Below, piece by piece: positions 11,956-25,032 of a stretch of DNA of 64,000 nucleotides (positions are counted from its first letter, which is position 1; every line of letters begins with the position of its first letter). The notes under the pieces were generated by a model. The model was not told the DNA's origin. It worked only from the letters and a program-made list of their open reading frames with translations, and did no database searches. Both the position numbers and the translations under genes were made by a program. The stretch is from Octopus vulgaris (Eukaryota), in the NCBI GenBank assembly GCA_951406725.2, contig OX597820.1, positions 77,810,001 through 77,874,000 on the forward strand, written 5' to 3'.

Positions 11956-13249
11956 GTATGAAAACTCACAGCGTGTTTTGCTGGGTATGATGGAAAGTGT
12001 CGGCTGAAAACAAACAGCAAACTTAGGTGACACTTGTTTACTGGTCATGCTTCAAAAACTCTGCGAAGAATTGTTGCAGTTCTAAGCAATGCTGGTTTTT
12101 GTAGGGGTTCTACCTTCACACTTGCACCGATTTTTTTCAGCCATGTTGGTACCTAAGTACTGATACTTCCAAGTGCACCATTTACTATTGGTATCACGTC
12201 TACTCTCGTCATTGACCACAACCTTCGTATTTCCCACTTTAAAACGTTGTAGTTGTTTATTTTTTTCTTCCTCTTTCACATTGATCCTGTTGTCACCGGG
12301 CTATGCTATGTAGATTATCATACATATTCTTTCTTTTTTATTCACCACAACAATGTCCAGTTTGCTATGTCTGGTCAGGTGATCGCACTGGACCATTACA
12401 TCCCACAGGATTTTGAAGTTCTCATTTTCTGTGGTTTGTTCATACCACGTCTTTGCTCTTTGTAGACTGTGATTTTCACATAGCTCCTGAAGGTTCATTC
12501 TTGCCACATTATCATGGCGTCTTTTGTATTCGCGTTATGCCAATTTAAGGCATTCCCTAACGATGTGTCATACCATTTCAACCCTCTCATCACACACTCT
12601 GCATTTGTCGCTATCGGTAGTGTTGTCAATTTTGCACCTTATATAATGTGTCCTTAACGGTGGTTCCTGAGCTGCGCATATCAGTGTTTCTGTCTCTATC
12701 TTCAGGTCACTCCTCCTCATTCATAGCCAACGGTCCTCTGTATCTGTCTTGGCATTCACATCTCTTGCAAACTGTCCGTTCATTTATCCCTTCCATACTT
12801 TTTCTTCTTTTATTTTGTTCTTTTTTTCTTATTTATATTTTTCTTTAGTTACAAAATGTTCAGTTTTCATGACGCCGGCTTTCTTCGTTTGTCAACAGTG
12901 GCTCCACAGCATTTTTTATATACCACCCTACTCTGTTTTCCTCTACTTCGATACAACCCTGGCAAGTTATCAAACGGCTCCATCCTTTCTTCTGGACAAA
13001 TACAGCCTATCGGTGTTACTCTTGGGCTGGAAGGCTCCATGTACAGTCAACATTTTTCTGGCCTACGTATCCATTTTCTTCATGCCTCTCGTTTGCCATT
13101 TTATAACTCCCGCTACATACCGTAGTGATTCTATCGCCCACCTATCAACTGATTCGATTTTATTCCATCCAGTCAATTTTGAGCGCAGCACCAACCTCAG
13201 TCTTCAAAAGTATTCCGCACTCAGTTGTTGTTTCAAAATCGTTTTTCAT
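11956..13249 (-). mobile_element. R4/Dong-like element, different family, degenerate 3' half
   Basis: Fragments FKILWDVMVQCDH..KLDIVVV and C-terminus ALLRTATILRRVFEA*, then a 3' UTR and (AAT)n. Confidence 0.85.
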
Positions 13250-13282
13250 GAGTAGTAGTAGTAGTAGTAGTAGTAAGGTTTC

Positions 13283-13333
<51 letters not shown>

Positions 13334-13334
13334 A

Positions 13335-13382
<48 letters not shown>

Positions 13383-13383
13383 A

Positions 13384-13454
<71 letters not shown>

Positions 13455-13455
13455 A
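13250..13455. repeat. (TAG)n microsatellite
   Basis: Directly visible. Confidence 0.95.
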
Positions 13456-13949
13456 GGTTTCTAGCGGGTAGTAACAGGAAGTGTAGGCGCATGAGCAAAC
13501 AAATAACCTTCATGTTCTATTTCCCTACATACATTACAGAGTTTTTATGAAAATTGTGTCCCTTCCTTTTAAAAATGGTAGAGTTTGGCTGAAGAGATAT
13601 TCTCTTTTTACAAGTAAGAATGTACTGTAACCCATATAGAAATGCTATTGCTATCATAACTGTTGTCTATCAAAAATCAAATCTATGACATGCTTGTACA
13701 TGTATTCCGTCATGCTTGAGGTTCGATAATCAGAAATAATAAGGTTGTACTTCCCTCTCAACATTCTGAAGATTTTGAAAATATTCTGAGGCAACGCCTT
13801 CAGAGTTCAATTTCGAAAAGTCATCTTTTGTGCTGCAATCAGATATTTTTCAGTCTAGTTTGATTTGTATGCTTCTCAGCCACTCAGTAGTGCTTCACCT
13901 ATTCACCCATGATAACTTCTTTCAAATGGTGGCCCTGTAGGTTTGTTTC

Positions 13950-14740
13950 AATCTTTTTAGCAATGCATTCGGTAGCCATGTTTTATTTGAGATTTAGACG
14001 TTTTCACAATATCAGTTTTCTTCTTTCTCTTCCTAACTGTCTCCCATTTTAGCTTCTGTTTTTATCATTTTGCATTTGCTACTTTGCTGAAAAAAACAGA
14101 GAATGGGCTTGTATTTTGTTTGTATTTTATATGCTTTATATGTATGCTTTTGTTTATTCTTACCAGATATTTTCTATCTTAAAAGCGGATTTCCTACAAT
14201 AGCTTATATTAATATTTTCTCGCATATCTCTTTATTCCTGATAAATGTAATCTTTCTGTGTCAGGTATTTTGTGTTGTATTCTAAATGCAGCTTCCTTTT
14301 TTTCATGTTTTACCGTCTAGTCTCTTAAATACTTTACCGTCCATCTGAGAATACTGTAAATTTAACATATAACAGTGAAAATTATGAGATCTAGAGTATT
14401 GATTCCTATTATCTCATGGTTTTTGTTTTCAACTGTGTTCAGTATTGATCTAATATTTATAATATTGCGACATAAGATATAATATTTCTATATAAACTTA
14501 TAATATTCCTACACAAACTTTACTTTCATTTGTATGCGCGGGATTCTGTAAAGTTCAACGATTTCTATGTATTTGTACCTTCGTATTTGGTTGTATCTGT
14601 TTGCTTATCTAACACTTCATTAAATCTGTTCTTGCTTTATTCTCCTATCTTTTTAAATGCTTTAACGCAGTTTTCTAATCTGTTGATCCAGTAAATCCGT
14701 GTTCTCAATGGAGCATTATTTCTTGCTGTTTATCATTTAC
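13950..14740 (-). mobile_element. Possible highly decayed Penelope-like RT remnant
   Basis: Minus-strand translation near 14300-14360 gives QYSQMDGKVFKRLDG, resembling the PLE RT motif YFQFDGKFYxQxDG. Little else is recognisable. Confidence 0.25.
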
Positions 14741-14933
14741 AATATATAATTGAAGATATTTCATATATGTATGTGTACAGACATATGTATATATGCATAT
14801 GTGTGTGTGCGTGTGTTTCATACGTATGTGTATTCATGTATGCATGTATATATATATATATATATATATATATTCAGAGAGAGTGAAAGAGAATCACATA
14901 TAAATGCATACACTTACATATATAAATACATAC

Positions 14934-14976
<43 letters not shown>

Positions 14977-15599
14977 CACATAAATTCATACGTACAAATA
15001 TGTATGTACGTAAGACAATTTTTCAGTAGCCTCTAATAGCATATGATTCAAAATCCAGAATTATTTCAATAGTTCTTCACAGTTATGCTAACATCGGATG
15101 GCAACAACCAACCCCATTACTATTGCAGACAATGACCTTGGTCTCTGTTTTCGTTGTTTTAAATGTTCTATTTCAATTCCTACATGCTTTGGACTTAATT
15201 CACATATCTTAGTTCACATTAACTCCAATATCCTACAGACACTACACTTTCAACGGGGAAGGTGAACAGAATGTACTCTTGCATTTTAGTGAAGAGTCTC
15301 CTCAAATCTCAAAATTCTTTCTTAGATTTTTTGTAGAACAGAGGACAGTATTTTACAGCAGATCAGTAATGCGATTCTCAATCCAATATCCTAGCAGTGT
15401 GTATTTTACGCTCAGGGCTTCGATTACCACAGAAATAATTGCCATCTTAGTCTTCTATGAACTCTTCATTTGTCTGATTAGGTCACAATGTTTCTCATCG
15501 TTTTCAGTTTCTTTGGTACCTACTTTGTTTACATTTAACATACAAAATCTATGATCTTACAGTCCTTCTTTTACTGTAGAAACGTATCTGGTTTTGTTG

Positions 15600-18500
15600 C
15601 TTCAATAATGTGGTAAGCGTTTACGGGGAAATCCCACGAAAAACTTTACTGTTATTTTGAATCCACACAATAGGCTTCCTGTACACTCGTTTACCGTCAC
15701 AGCCATGACTGAGTTATGTTTAATACTTTCGTACCATTTTCCGTAAATTCTGCGTTTTTATCCTCCGACTATGTTTTATCAATACCTTCCTGTGTCAAAT
15801 TCGTTCTAATGGCTTGTCTCTGAAGTACTGTATTTGTGATTTAGTTCCTCTCTTTCTGTCTCAGTCCATTAACCAGAGTCAGCATTCTTCACTATCAACA
15901 TCTTCGGTTTGTGGCTTAGAATTCCTCGTATAATTCCTATTTCAAGCTAATTGCTCTTCCTTCTGTTCTTGAATTCTTCTATTGTTTCAGTACCTTTTTG
16001 AACATTTTTAGCCCGATACTATTTATTCTTCCCTACATACACCGTAGTTTTCCAAACCCAATATTCAATATGATGCTCCGCGTTTTGTAATCAACTATCT
16101 CCGTCCTTTCGTAGCAGCTAGCGCCAGTCGCTGTTACTTTTAGGCAATGTGTGCCGTAAACTGCGTGGCGCTTCCCAGTTCTTCTAGCTAGGTTATGTAG
16201 CTCTATCTTTATTCGCTCTACAATAGAAGCTGAGTAATTTAATGCTGGAAAGGACCATGCATTAATTGCTTTGACAATATTACTTGTATTTAATAGAGTT
16301 TCGAGCATCTTTCTAATTCTCCTATTGTACACTTTGGAAATGTTCTTTCTCATATATCCTATCATTTTGCATCACTCCTACGTACGTGTGTCACTCAAAA
16401 TTTCTCATTGATGCAATGGTACATATATGTGGTAATTTTATACCATCAGAATGTATCAGTCGGCCTTTTTTATAGTCAATGTTGCACATATATCTATTTC
16501 AAATTAGATCCATACAAGATCTCCTTAATCTTTGGATTAAAGTGTTCAGATCCTTTTCAATTTTGCAAACAGTTTCTGGCAAATCGGTGGGCGAGGCTGC
16601 AAAGATCGGGCAAAGATACTTTCCTCTTCGGTCAAGCCTTCACCGACTTTCTATTAAGTTCCAATAGGAAAGGAATGTAGGGTGGAGAAGGAAGCGCTAC
16701 CGCCCAGTGAATTTCTAAAAATATGGGTGGCTATGGCAAACATAGTTTGAGCATATGGTCGTACGCTAAACATGCGCCTGCAGACTGGAGAAAACCAGGT
16801 GGGAGAGGGCTCGTGCCTTTTGGGATCAGAGTAATCCTGGAACTGTGAAGTTACTTGATTGACCTTAATGCGTGATCTTGTGCAGCTACTAACAAACTGG
16901 CTATCCCCTTTTCAGCTTTCTTTTCCCCAACCACAACCACGCCTCATTACTTCTATTTACTGCAACTATCTTTGGGAGTCTACCATGCAACACCTTCACC
17001 TGCCAGTCGGATAATTTCTGATATTTTCTTTTTGGGGGGTTTTCGCTTCCCTATGTCTTGCTGTGACCCAACCGGCTTTTAATAAACATTTTTCACTACA
17101 CATACACAAGAGTCTATATCTACTCTAGCTTAAAACACGCAGTCTTCTGGATTTTACTTCATTTAGAAATGCTTTGTCTATATATAACAGAGCATGCGTT
17201 CCCCTAGCCTTTTTCTTGTAACCTATCTGTTTTTCTGGCAATAAATTCTGCTTCTCAAGGTGATCGTAAATGCTTTCTGAAAACATTCCGGTTAACAGCT
17301 TCCACACTAATGGTCTATAGTTGCTAGCTGTATTACCCTTGCCCTTATCTTTCCCAATGAATATTGCGCCCCCTCTAGTTATTCAATCTAGTATTATTCC
17401 TCCATTAAGGCAATCCTAAAGTTGTTCCCTCAGCCTCCCATGTAAACTACTGAATTCCTTTAGCCAGTACCCTTGAACTAAATCTAGTCCTGGGCCTTTC
17501 CAATTCAGCATTTTTCCTAAAACTTTACACATTAGTGCACTAATGTCTTAGGTCTGACTGTTTCTTACTCACTTTCTTTCCTCACTTTCTTTAACCATAC
17601 TGCATCTCCATTATGATTGACTAGCTGATCCCAAATATTGCTCCAGGAATGTCTAGCTTCTTCTGCATTAGGTTTCCCATTTTCAGTACTTCGTTTTCCA
17701 CTATTTATTTGGCTATAACATTTCCTCTGGTCTGTCTCGGATAACCTATTCTCTTGATACTGATGTATTTTTCTGAGCTATTGCTATGATACGCTATTCC
17801 AACTCTTCTATGACTGTCCCAAATCATTTCTCTTTGATTAAGTATCTTTTCTCAAAGGAAGATTTGCATTTTGCGTTTCCTAACTTATTCAGTTTCTAGG
17901 CTTCTATTCTATTTAATCTACAGGATTAATTGAAATCAGTGTGAATAAACAGATCTTGTTTTAATGCCTTCACTTTATTTTGTAGTCTCCTTATCTACAT
18001 TTGCTCTTTTTAAATATTTTCCTGTGATATTTCTAGTCTTCTAATGACTACTACCGCTCCTGCATAGAACAATATGTTGGTATCTCCCATATTTTTAGTG
18101 CCTATCCTACTGATAACAGATTTCACTTTCTTAGTCATTGCTAGCAGCTTCCTTCTGTTGGTGCCATTTAAAGCTAGCAATATCTTTCTTACTTCTTTAC
18201 CCATTAATTTCTGCAACTCATCTAAAGTACTCAGATCTTCCTCACTTGAATCACCTAAGACGCAGGTGACAGTTGTTCCTTCCTTATTGGTTGCGCTATT
18301 ATTATTTTTATCATTTTAGTTCATCTTTGGTTTGAGTTGTATCTCTTATGTTGTTGCTTGTCTTTACTATTGCCTGGTCTTTCTTTTCGACTTCTCAGGT
18401 GATCTCTTTAACATCCAATTCTGTCATCCACTTTCTTCTCTTAATACCATTAGCTTGATCTACTAATCTCTGATCAGTCACTTTAAACATACTATTCTCT

Positions 18501-18900
18501 AATCAAAGTGTTAACAACTATATCTATAGCCCATTCTCTTAGTTTCGATTTCAAAGTAGCACTGCATCTCAATCCTGTTTTCTTCGCTGGTCCACTCCCT
18601 CCTCATTATTATCTGCTGATGATGTACTAGGTTAACAGACGTGGGTAGCTGTATCTTTACTGAACCCTTGCCGAGCGAGAGGCCATCCTTTAAAGGCCGA
18701 ACTTCATTTTCGTTGATACAATCAGAATTGCTTCGGAAACTCCTTTCTCTCATAAACTGAGGTAAGGTATCGATCGTCACCAACGTCATTGCCACTATTG
18801 TTTCCCGACATCTGATACGTTCAAGCAGCATTATATTACAAAATTGGTTGCACCTTTGTGCTGGTGGGGTCGGGTGTTGCATTTTTTCGTGGGGGGATTT
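15600..18900 (-). mobile_element. Old, near-full-length R4/Dong-like element (pseudogenised), interrupted at ~16585-17095
   Basis: RREWTSEENRIEMQCY..GYR (N-terminus), MWKLLTGMFSESIYDHLEKQNLLPEKQIGYKKKARGTHALLYIDK (RT) and YNRRIRKMLETLLN..KAINAWSFPALNYS (thumb). Many stops and frameshifts. The ends are approximate. Confidence 0.8.
16585..17095 (+). mobile_element. Probable Tx1/L1-like LINE 3' end inserted antisense within the R4/Dong element
   Basis: Unrelated GC-richer block. The frameshifted translation WARLQ..DTFLFGQAFTDF..RVEKEALPPSEFLKIWV resembles Tx1-type ORF2 C-termini. AATAAA occurs near the end. Confidence 0.45.
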
Positions 18901-19468
18901 TCTATTGCATCAGTAGGTTTTGTTATTCTGTTTGTTCCGAATCTTGTGTTATATTAGTTTTCGTATTGTATTTTGGTTGTGCAGCGTAGATTTTGTTCTG
19001 TCGGGTATCAGCCTTCTATGGCACATGTGGGCTTTGTTCATTCTGCTTGGGTGATCGTTTCACATTTTATCTATCTTCCTGGCAGCACGCTGTCACGCAT
19101 TCAGTGTGTGTAAATTCATAAGTCAACTATTTCACAGTATTCATGGTTATCTGTCCACCGTTCTTTCTCTTTTGGTTGCATTTGTTCTTTTCTTTTTACA
19201 GCATTTACTTTTTTAACTGAACACAGTCCATGGACATGTACTTATATTTCTTTCGTAGTTATAATAATTATTGAAGTATCAGCGAGAGACCGAGAAGAAA
19301 CAGCAATGTGCATATGGAGAGAGGTCCTGTACAAATATGGATGTATATGTAATTAAAATTTTAAATTCTATTCACAAGTTTGCAGTTATAGATCATTGCT
19401 AGTATTGCAGTGTTTATCTTTTTACGCACATATTACGATCCTGCTAACGGTCCCAAGCTATTTTATAA

Positions 19469-19525
<57 letters not shown>

Positions 19526-19779
19526 CTTCATATCAAGAAAATTGTTTCAGTTTCCTAAGATGGCTTACATTTTGTTTTCATTGTTTCAGAGAATTCTTCA
19601 TTCCTGCTTCGTGATCGTTTCACTAAGGGACATGCTCAACTGGTTAAGGTCAAACAACTGACAAGCACATCTGTGGTATTGAGTAGAATATTTGCTGTGG
19701 CCCATCTTTTATACCAAGACAAAACAATTACATGAAACACTTCCAATAAGTTAAGATCTTCTTCTTCTTCTGTCTGGTA

Positions 19780-19780
<1 letters not shown>

Positions 19781-19831
<51 letters not shown>

Positions 19832-19868
19832 ATTATTATTATTATTATTATAATTATTATTACTACTA

Positions 19869-19940
<72 letters not shown>

Positions 19941-19949
19941 TTACTATTA

Positions 19950-19986
<37 letters not shown>

Positions 19987-19990
19987 AATT
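19781..19990. repeat. (ATT)n/(ACT)n microsatellite
   Basis: Directly visible. Confidence 0.95.
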
Positions 19991-20125
19991 ATTTCCGTCT
20001 TTCTCAAATTTTCTTCCATTTCTCGCCGAGTGTTTTCCGTACACCTAAGGGAGAGAATCTCATTGTATGCCTTCCCAGATTACGCACGCAAATTCACAGG
20101 TAAAATATCTATTAAAAAAAAATTA
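19990..20125 (-). mobile_element. Isolated R4/Dong-like 3' UTR
   Basis: Minus strand ..CACTCGGCGAGAAATGGAAGAAAATTTGAGAAAGAC then (AAT)n, which aligns with ..CACTTGGCAAGAAATGGAAGCAAATTTGAAAGAAC of the 9130-11906 element. Confidence 0.75.
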
Positions 20126-20214
20126 GTAAATAACTTAATGGATGGATGTTGTTTTCACAGCGATAATGCTCCTCTCAGTACATGAGCCGTTCAAGTTAAC
20201 ACGATTTTTTGCAC

Positions 20215-20733
<519 letters not shown>

Positions 20734-20990
20734 AAATTTGTGGGGAGAGGAATACTCGATCAGTATCATTCTCCTCCTGCATAATTTCGTGACGTCTGTT
20801 TTCCATGTTTGTAAGTTGTGGGGCTAGAAATGAGCTTTCATTGACATACCTACCAGCACTGAATACACAGAGTAAAGTAAAGCTGTGTAGAGTCATGGCT
20901 AAGTCTTTCCTTCCTTCACCTCCGCTTCCTCCATCTACACAAGGGCACAAACATACTAGCACATGCATACACACTCACACACATATACTT

Positions 20991-21026
<36 letters not shown>

Positions 21027-21232
21027 AGAGAGAGATAGGAAGAGGGTGTAACAAAATGGCCGTGAAAGAAACAGATTATGTGAGGTTACTTTCAGACATT
21101 ACTTCGTTACATCTTCACTGCAGGCTGTGTTAAGCAAAGATTATAAGATTATCTCGATACTCAAAAGGAGCAACTCATGAAAGCTAGAAGCCAATCAATC
21201 TGTCTATTCAAATATCTACCTACCTATACATT

Positions 21233-21235
<3 letters not shown>

Positions 21236-21321
<86 letters not shown>

Positions 21322-21389
21322 GGGAGAAGGGCACAAGTAGATAGGTAATTGTGTGCATATATATAAATATATATATACATATGTAGTAA

Positions 21390-21425
<36 letters not shown>

Positions 21426-21509
21426 ATATGTAGACACACACAAACGCACACACACACTAACACACACATGCACACAAACACAAACACACACCGACACACA
21501 CACACATAT

Positions 21510-21574
<65 letters not shown>

Positions 21575-21596
21575 CATATAAATATTTATATATATT
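21236..21596. repeat. (TA)n/(TG)n/(CA)n microsatellite
   Basis: Directly visible. Confidence 0.95.
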
Positions 21597-21635
21597 TCCT
21601 CTGTCTTCCCTTCTCTGGATCTTTCCTTCTCCTAT

Positions 21636-21670
21636 GTTTCTGACGAAGAGCTCCTCTCGAAACTTTGAAC
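21636..21670 (+). ncRNA. Minimal type I hammerhead ribozyme-like motif (slightly degenerate)
   Basis: GTTT-CTGACGA-A-GAG(CTCCT)CTC-GAAA-CTTT-GAAC. Core boxes, stem II and stem I (GTTT/GAAC) are present. The stem III palindrome reads ACTTT instead of ACGTT. Confidence 0.5.
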
Positions 21671-22240
21671 CCTCCTTCTTTCCTGAGCATCCAATATTAC
21701 TATATTTGTTCCACGTCCTCGCGTTGTTATGTTTTTTTTTGTGCTTTCATATTTGGATTAACTATATGGATGCATTTACCGAATTATTTTCTAATGCTCC
21801 CCCAAATTACGAACAGCCTATGCTTCAGCTGCGCTGCGCATATCCACTCGCATGTGCAGCGGAAAACATGAAAGAATAATATTACCGAATGATATTGTTT
21901 TCCTTTCATCATGCATTTGATCCAGCTTCACAATGTTATATCCCAACCTGTTTATACTTTTGCTCCTTTAACCCTCGCGGTAAATCTAACAGCGGTTTAT
22001 TAAAGTTTTCTATCTTCCTCACCTGAACGTCTCTGTATGTGTCTTTGTGTAGATCTGCGTGTGTGTGTATGTACATGTATGCTTGTGTCTGTTACATTAT
22101 TTTGTATATGTAATGTGTGCATAATGGTGTTATGTACACGTACGTTTGAACTCAGTTGTTTCACTTTGTCCTCTTATTTACGTCTGCATGGTTACAAATG
22201 AACAGTTATACCCTCGCACACACACACACACACACACGGA

Positions 22241-22623
22241 TCGTGGCACTTCGTCGGTTACGACGACGAGCGTTCCAGTTGATCCGATGAACCGAACAGC
22301 CTGCTCGCGAAATTAACGTGTAAGTGGCTAAGCATTTCACAGAGAAGTGTACCCTTAACGTAGTCCTCGGAGAGATTCAGCGTGACACAGTGTGCGACAA
22401 GGCTGGCCCTTTGAAATAGAGGTACAGCAGAAACAGAAAGAAAGTGTGAGAGAAAGTTGTGGTGATACAATACAGCAGGTTTCTTCACCAGCCCCTGCCG
22501 GTGCCCCGTGGGTCTTTAGGCATTTTCGCTCGATAAACACTCACAAAGCTTAGTCTGGGAATCGAAACCGCGATCCCACGACCGCGACTCCGCTGTCCTA
22601 ACCATAGGGCCATTGCACCTCCA
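22241..22623 (-). mobile_element. SINE family A (full length)
   Basis: Reverse-complement match to 1170-1542. Head GGAGGTGCAATGGCCCTATGGTTAGG..GGTTTCGATTCCC. Confidence 0.88.
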
Positions 22624-22927
22624 CACATACACACGTACACGAGCCCAAGCACTTACACATATCAATTTGTCGATGTGCGTGTATGTGTGAAGTGTGTATA
22701 GATCGTGGCATCCACAATTATTCGAACAATGGATGTGTCCAGTCAATTGGGCAGCAGTATCCAATTGCTAAATTTATTTGCATCATACTTTCCAACCTGA
22801 CTTATAAATTATAAGAAGAAAACTTAGTTGTTTTTCTACCAGAGTAAACCTAGATAGTTTCCTTCCTCGCCTCTTTACCCCTGTACCCCTGTTTCTCATA
22901 TATGATGTTAATATCATAATGACTCCA

Positions 22928-23340
22928 TAAGGCGGCGAGCTTTGGCAAAATGCGTAACGGCATTTCGTCTGTCTGCACGTACCCGGTTCAAATTCCGCCG
23001 AGATCGACTTTGTTTTCATTCTTTCGGCAGTCGATAAATTAAATACAACCTATGCCCCGGGGGTCGATGTAATCGTCTAGAACCGTGTCCACACCTCACA
23101 ATTGCTAGCCTTATGCCAAAATTTGAATCCAATATTATCATGATTCTAAAGTTGGCGAGTAGGCAGAATCGTTAGCACGTCCGGCAACATGTTTAGCGGC
23201 ATTTCATCTATCTTTATGTTCTGAGTTCAAATTCCACCGTGATTGACTTTGCCTTTCATCTTTTCGAATCCTTGGTTCGCTATAATCGACTTACTCCCTT
23301 CTCCGAAACTGTTGCTCTTGTGCTAAAGTTTGACATCACT
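22928..23340 (+). mobile_element. SINE family B, two tandem copies
   Basis: AAGGCGGCGAGC..TTCAAATTCCGCCGAGATCGACTTTG occurs twice. Confidence 0.75.
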
Positions 23341-23699
23341 ATTATCACGATTCCATCTTACATTAAAATACTACTGAAAACTTAATAAAACGTTATAATC
23401 GCCTGTACCATTTCAATTCTACTTCTTAATTTGATTTGTTCTTAGACATTTTTTTAGTATTTTGTATATAATTTATATTTTTTGACTGGGTTTTATTGCG
23501 TGAACTGCATTCGAAAACAATAAATTGTATACGACGAAATGATACGTTGTGAATTCTACTCGTTTACATATGCTCACATAAAATTATAACCTGTATTTAA
23601 ATGATGTATTTATATACTCAGTTATGGACTTGGTGTTACACAGAGGAAAAAATAAAGGACTCAAGCATTACTGTTACAGCTGCCAAATATTGGTTTCTA

Positions 23700-23910
23700 A
23701 TTTTCGCATAAGACCAGCAAGTTATGTGAGTGGGTGTAAGTCAAACGCTCAACAATGTTCAACACCAATACTCAACTAGTATTTATGTTTATCGATCCCG
23801 GAAGGGTTGAAAGTCAAATACGTCCTTCACGGAATTTGAACTGAAAACGTAAAGGTCAATGCACTACCTCGAAGCATTGTGCGTGGTGTGCTAACGACTC
23901 GCCGATCTAC
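23700..23910 (-). mobile_element. SINE family B, degenerate
   Basis: TTTATCGATCCCGGAAGG..GGAATTTGAACT..GTGCTAACGA. Confidence 0.6.
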
Positions 23911-25032
23911 TTTTGGCAAATATTAAGTAGAAATATATTCGATTTTGCATACTTTTCATTGTTATAAATATATTTTCTTTCGCTATATTTTTATTTTAAA
24001 ACTAAAAAAAATGATTATATATAGAGGAAAGCGCTAGAAAAAATCTTGCGTTTTTGGAAATTTCCCCAAATATATAGATCGTAAAATAAATATTGTTTTG
24101 ATTGGAGTTCAATTTAGTAATTCCAGACAATTTCAACTTATCGTAGTTGTGTCTTATTTTGGATGAAAATGTCTTAATGCCAAAAAATGAGTAAGAAGAA
24201 CGTTGAGAAAATCCATCAGAACTATAATTTTCTATTTTCTTCTTTTTGATCAGGGAACATTTTAAATTACAATATGTCTGCTGATAAAAGTAAACGATTA
24301 TATTTCTTTTCCGAATTTAATAGACTTTCATGTCTTTGCATGAGATTAAATTTCCGACAAAAATCTAAAATTTAGAATTGAAGTATTATTGAATCAAGAA
24401 AAATGTAGCAGACATCTTAAAAGAAGCTTATTGAAAGCATGCAAGCAAAAAGTAAATCCGAAATGTCTTAATGCATACACGATTAGAATTACACATACGT
24501 AATTGGGAATGTTACATATTAACGTCTCTAAAGCACAAAAAGTTCTTGCATTCGAAAAGTTCTTACATTAAGAGTAAAATTTAATGGCATGCTTTTGAGT
24601 GTATTTGTCTGTTAGACTGGATGCGAAATAAAGTTATTTACAGAAATCTGTTTATCTGATTTTTCTTCTTTCTATTGATAAGTTTTTATGTTTTGTCTCA
24701 GTCATAGATTGTGATTTTGCTAGGACACTACTTGGAAAGTTTTAGCCAAACAAATCGACTTCATTACTTAATCTTATTTTATAGTCTGGTACATACTCTA
24801 TCGATCCTTTGTTCCCGGTCAGCATTCTTACGTTGACGTAAATAAACCATCACCAGTTGCCAAGGAGGATTCAGAGGACAAGCACAAAAATACAAACGTA
24901 CATACACACACTCACACATATACACGCACACACGTAAGTATAGATATTTTCGTAAACAAAAATCTCACTCACGGGACATTGGTTGGCCCTGAGCTGTAGT
25001 AGAACTCCCATACGCGCAGTGGAACCGAATCC

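Noticed and set aside
11907-12020. N-terminal extension MLFVFSRH..IIIIII of the 919-aa ORF
   Set aside because: It derives from the neighbouring element's 3' UTR and the (AAT)n tract, has a non-ATG start, and is not part of the protein.
18690-18900. Possible HDV-like ribozyme at the 5' end of the old R4/Dong element
   Set aside because: Only isolated stems (CCCGAC/GTCGGG, GCAC/GTGC). A nested double pseudoknot could not be built.
19560-19760. Splice-acceptor-like TTGTTTCAG followed by apparent exon
   Set aside because: No sustained reading frame or matching donor with a recognisable product. It looks like a repeat 3' fragment.
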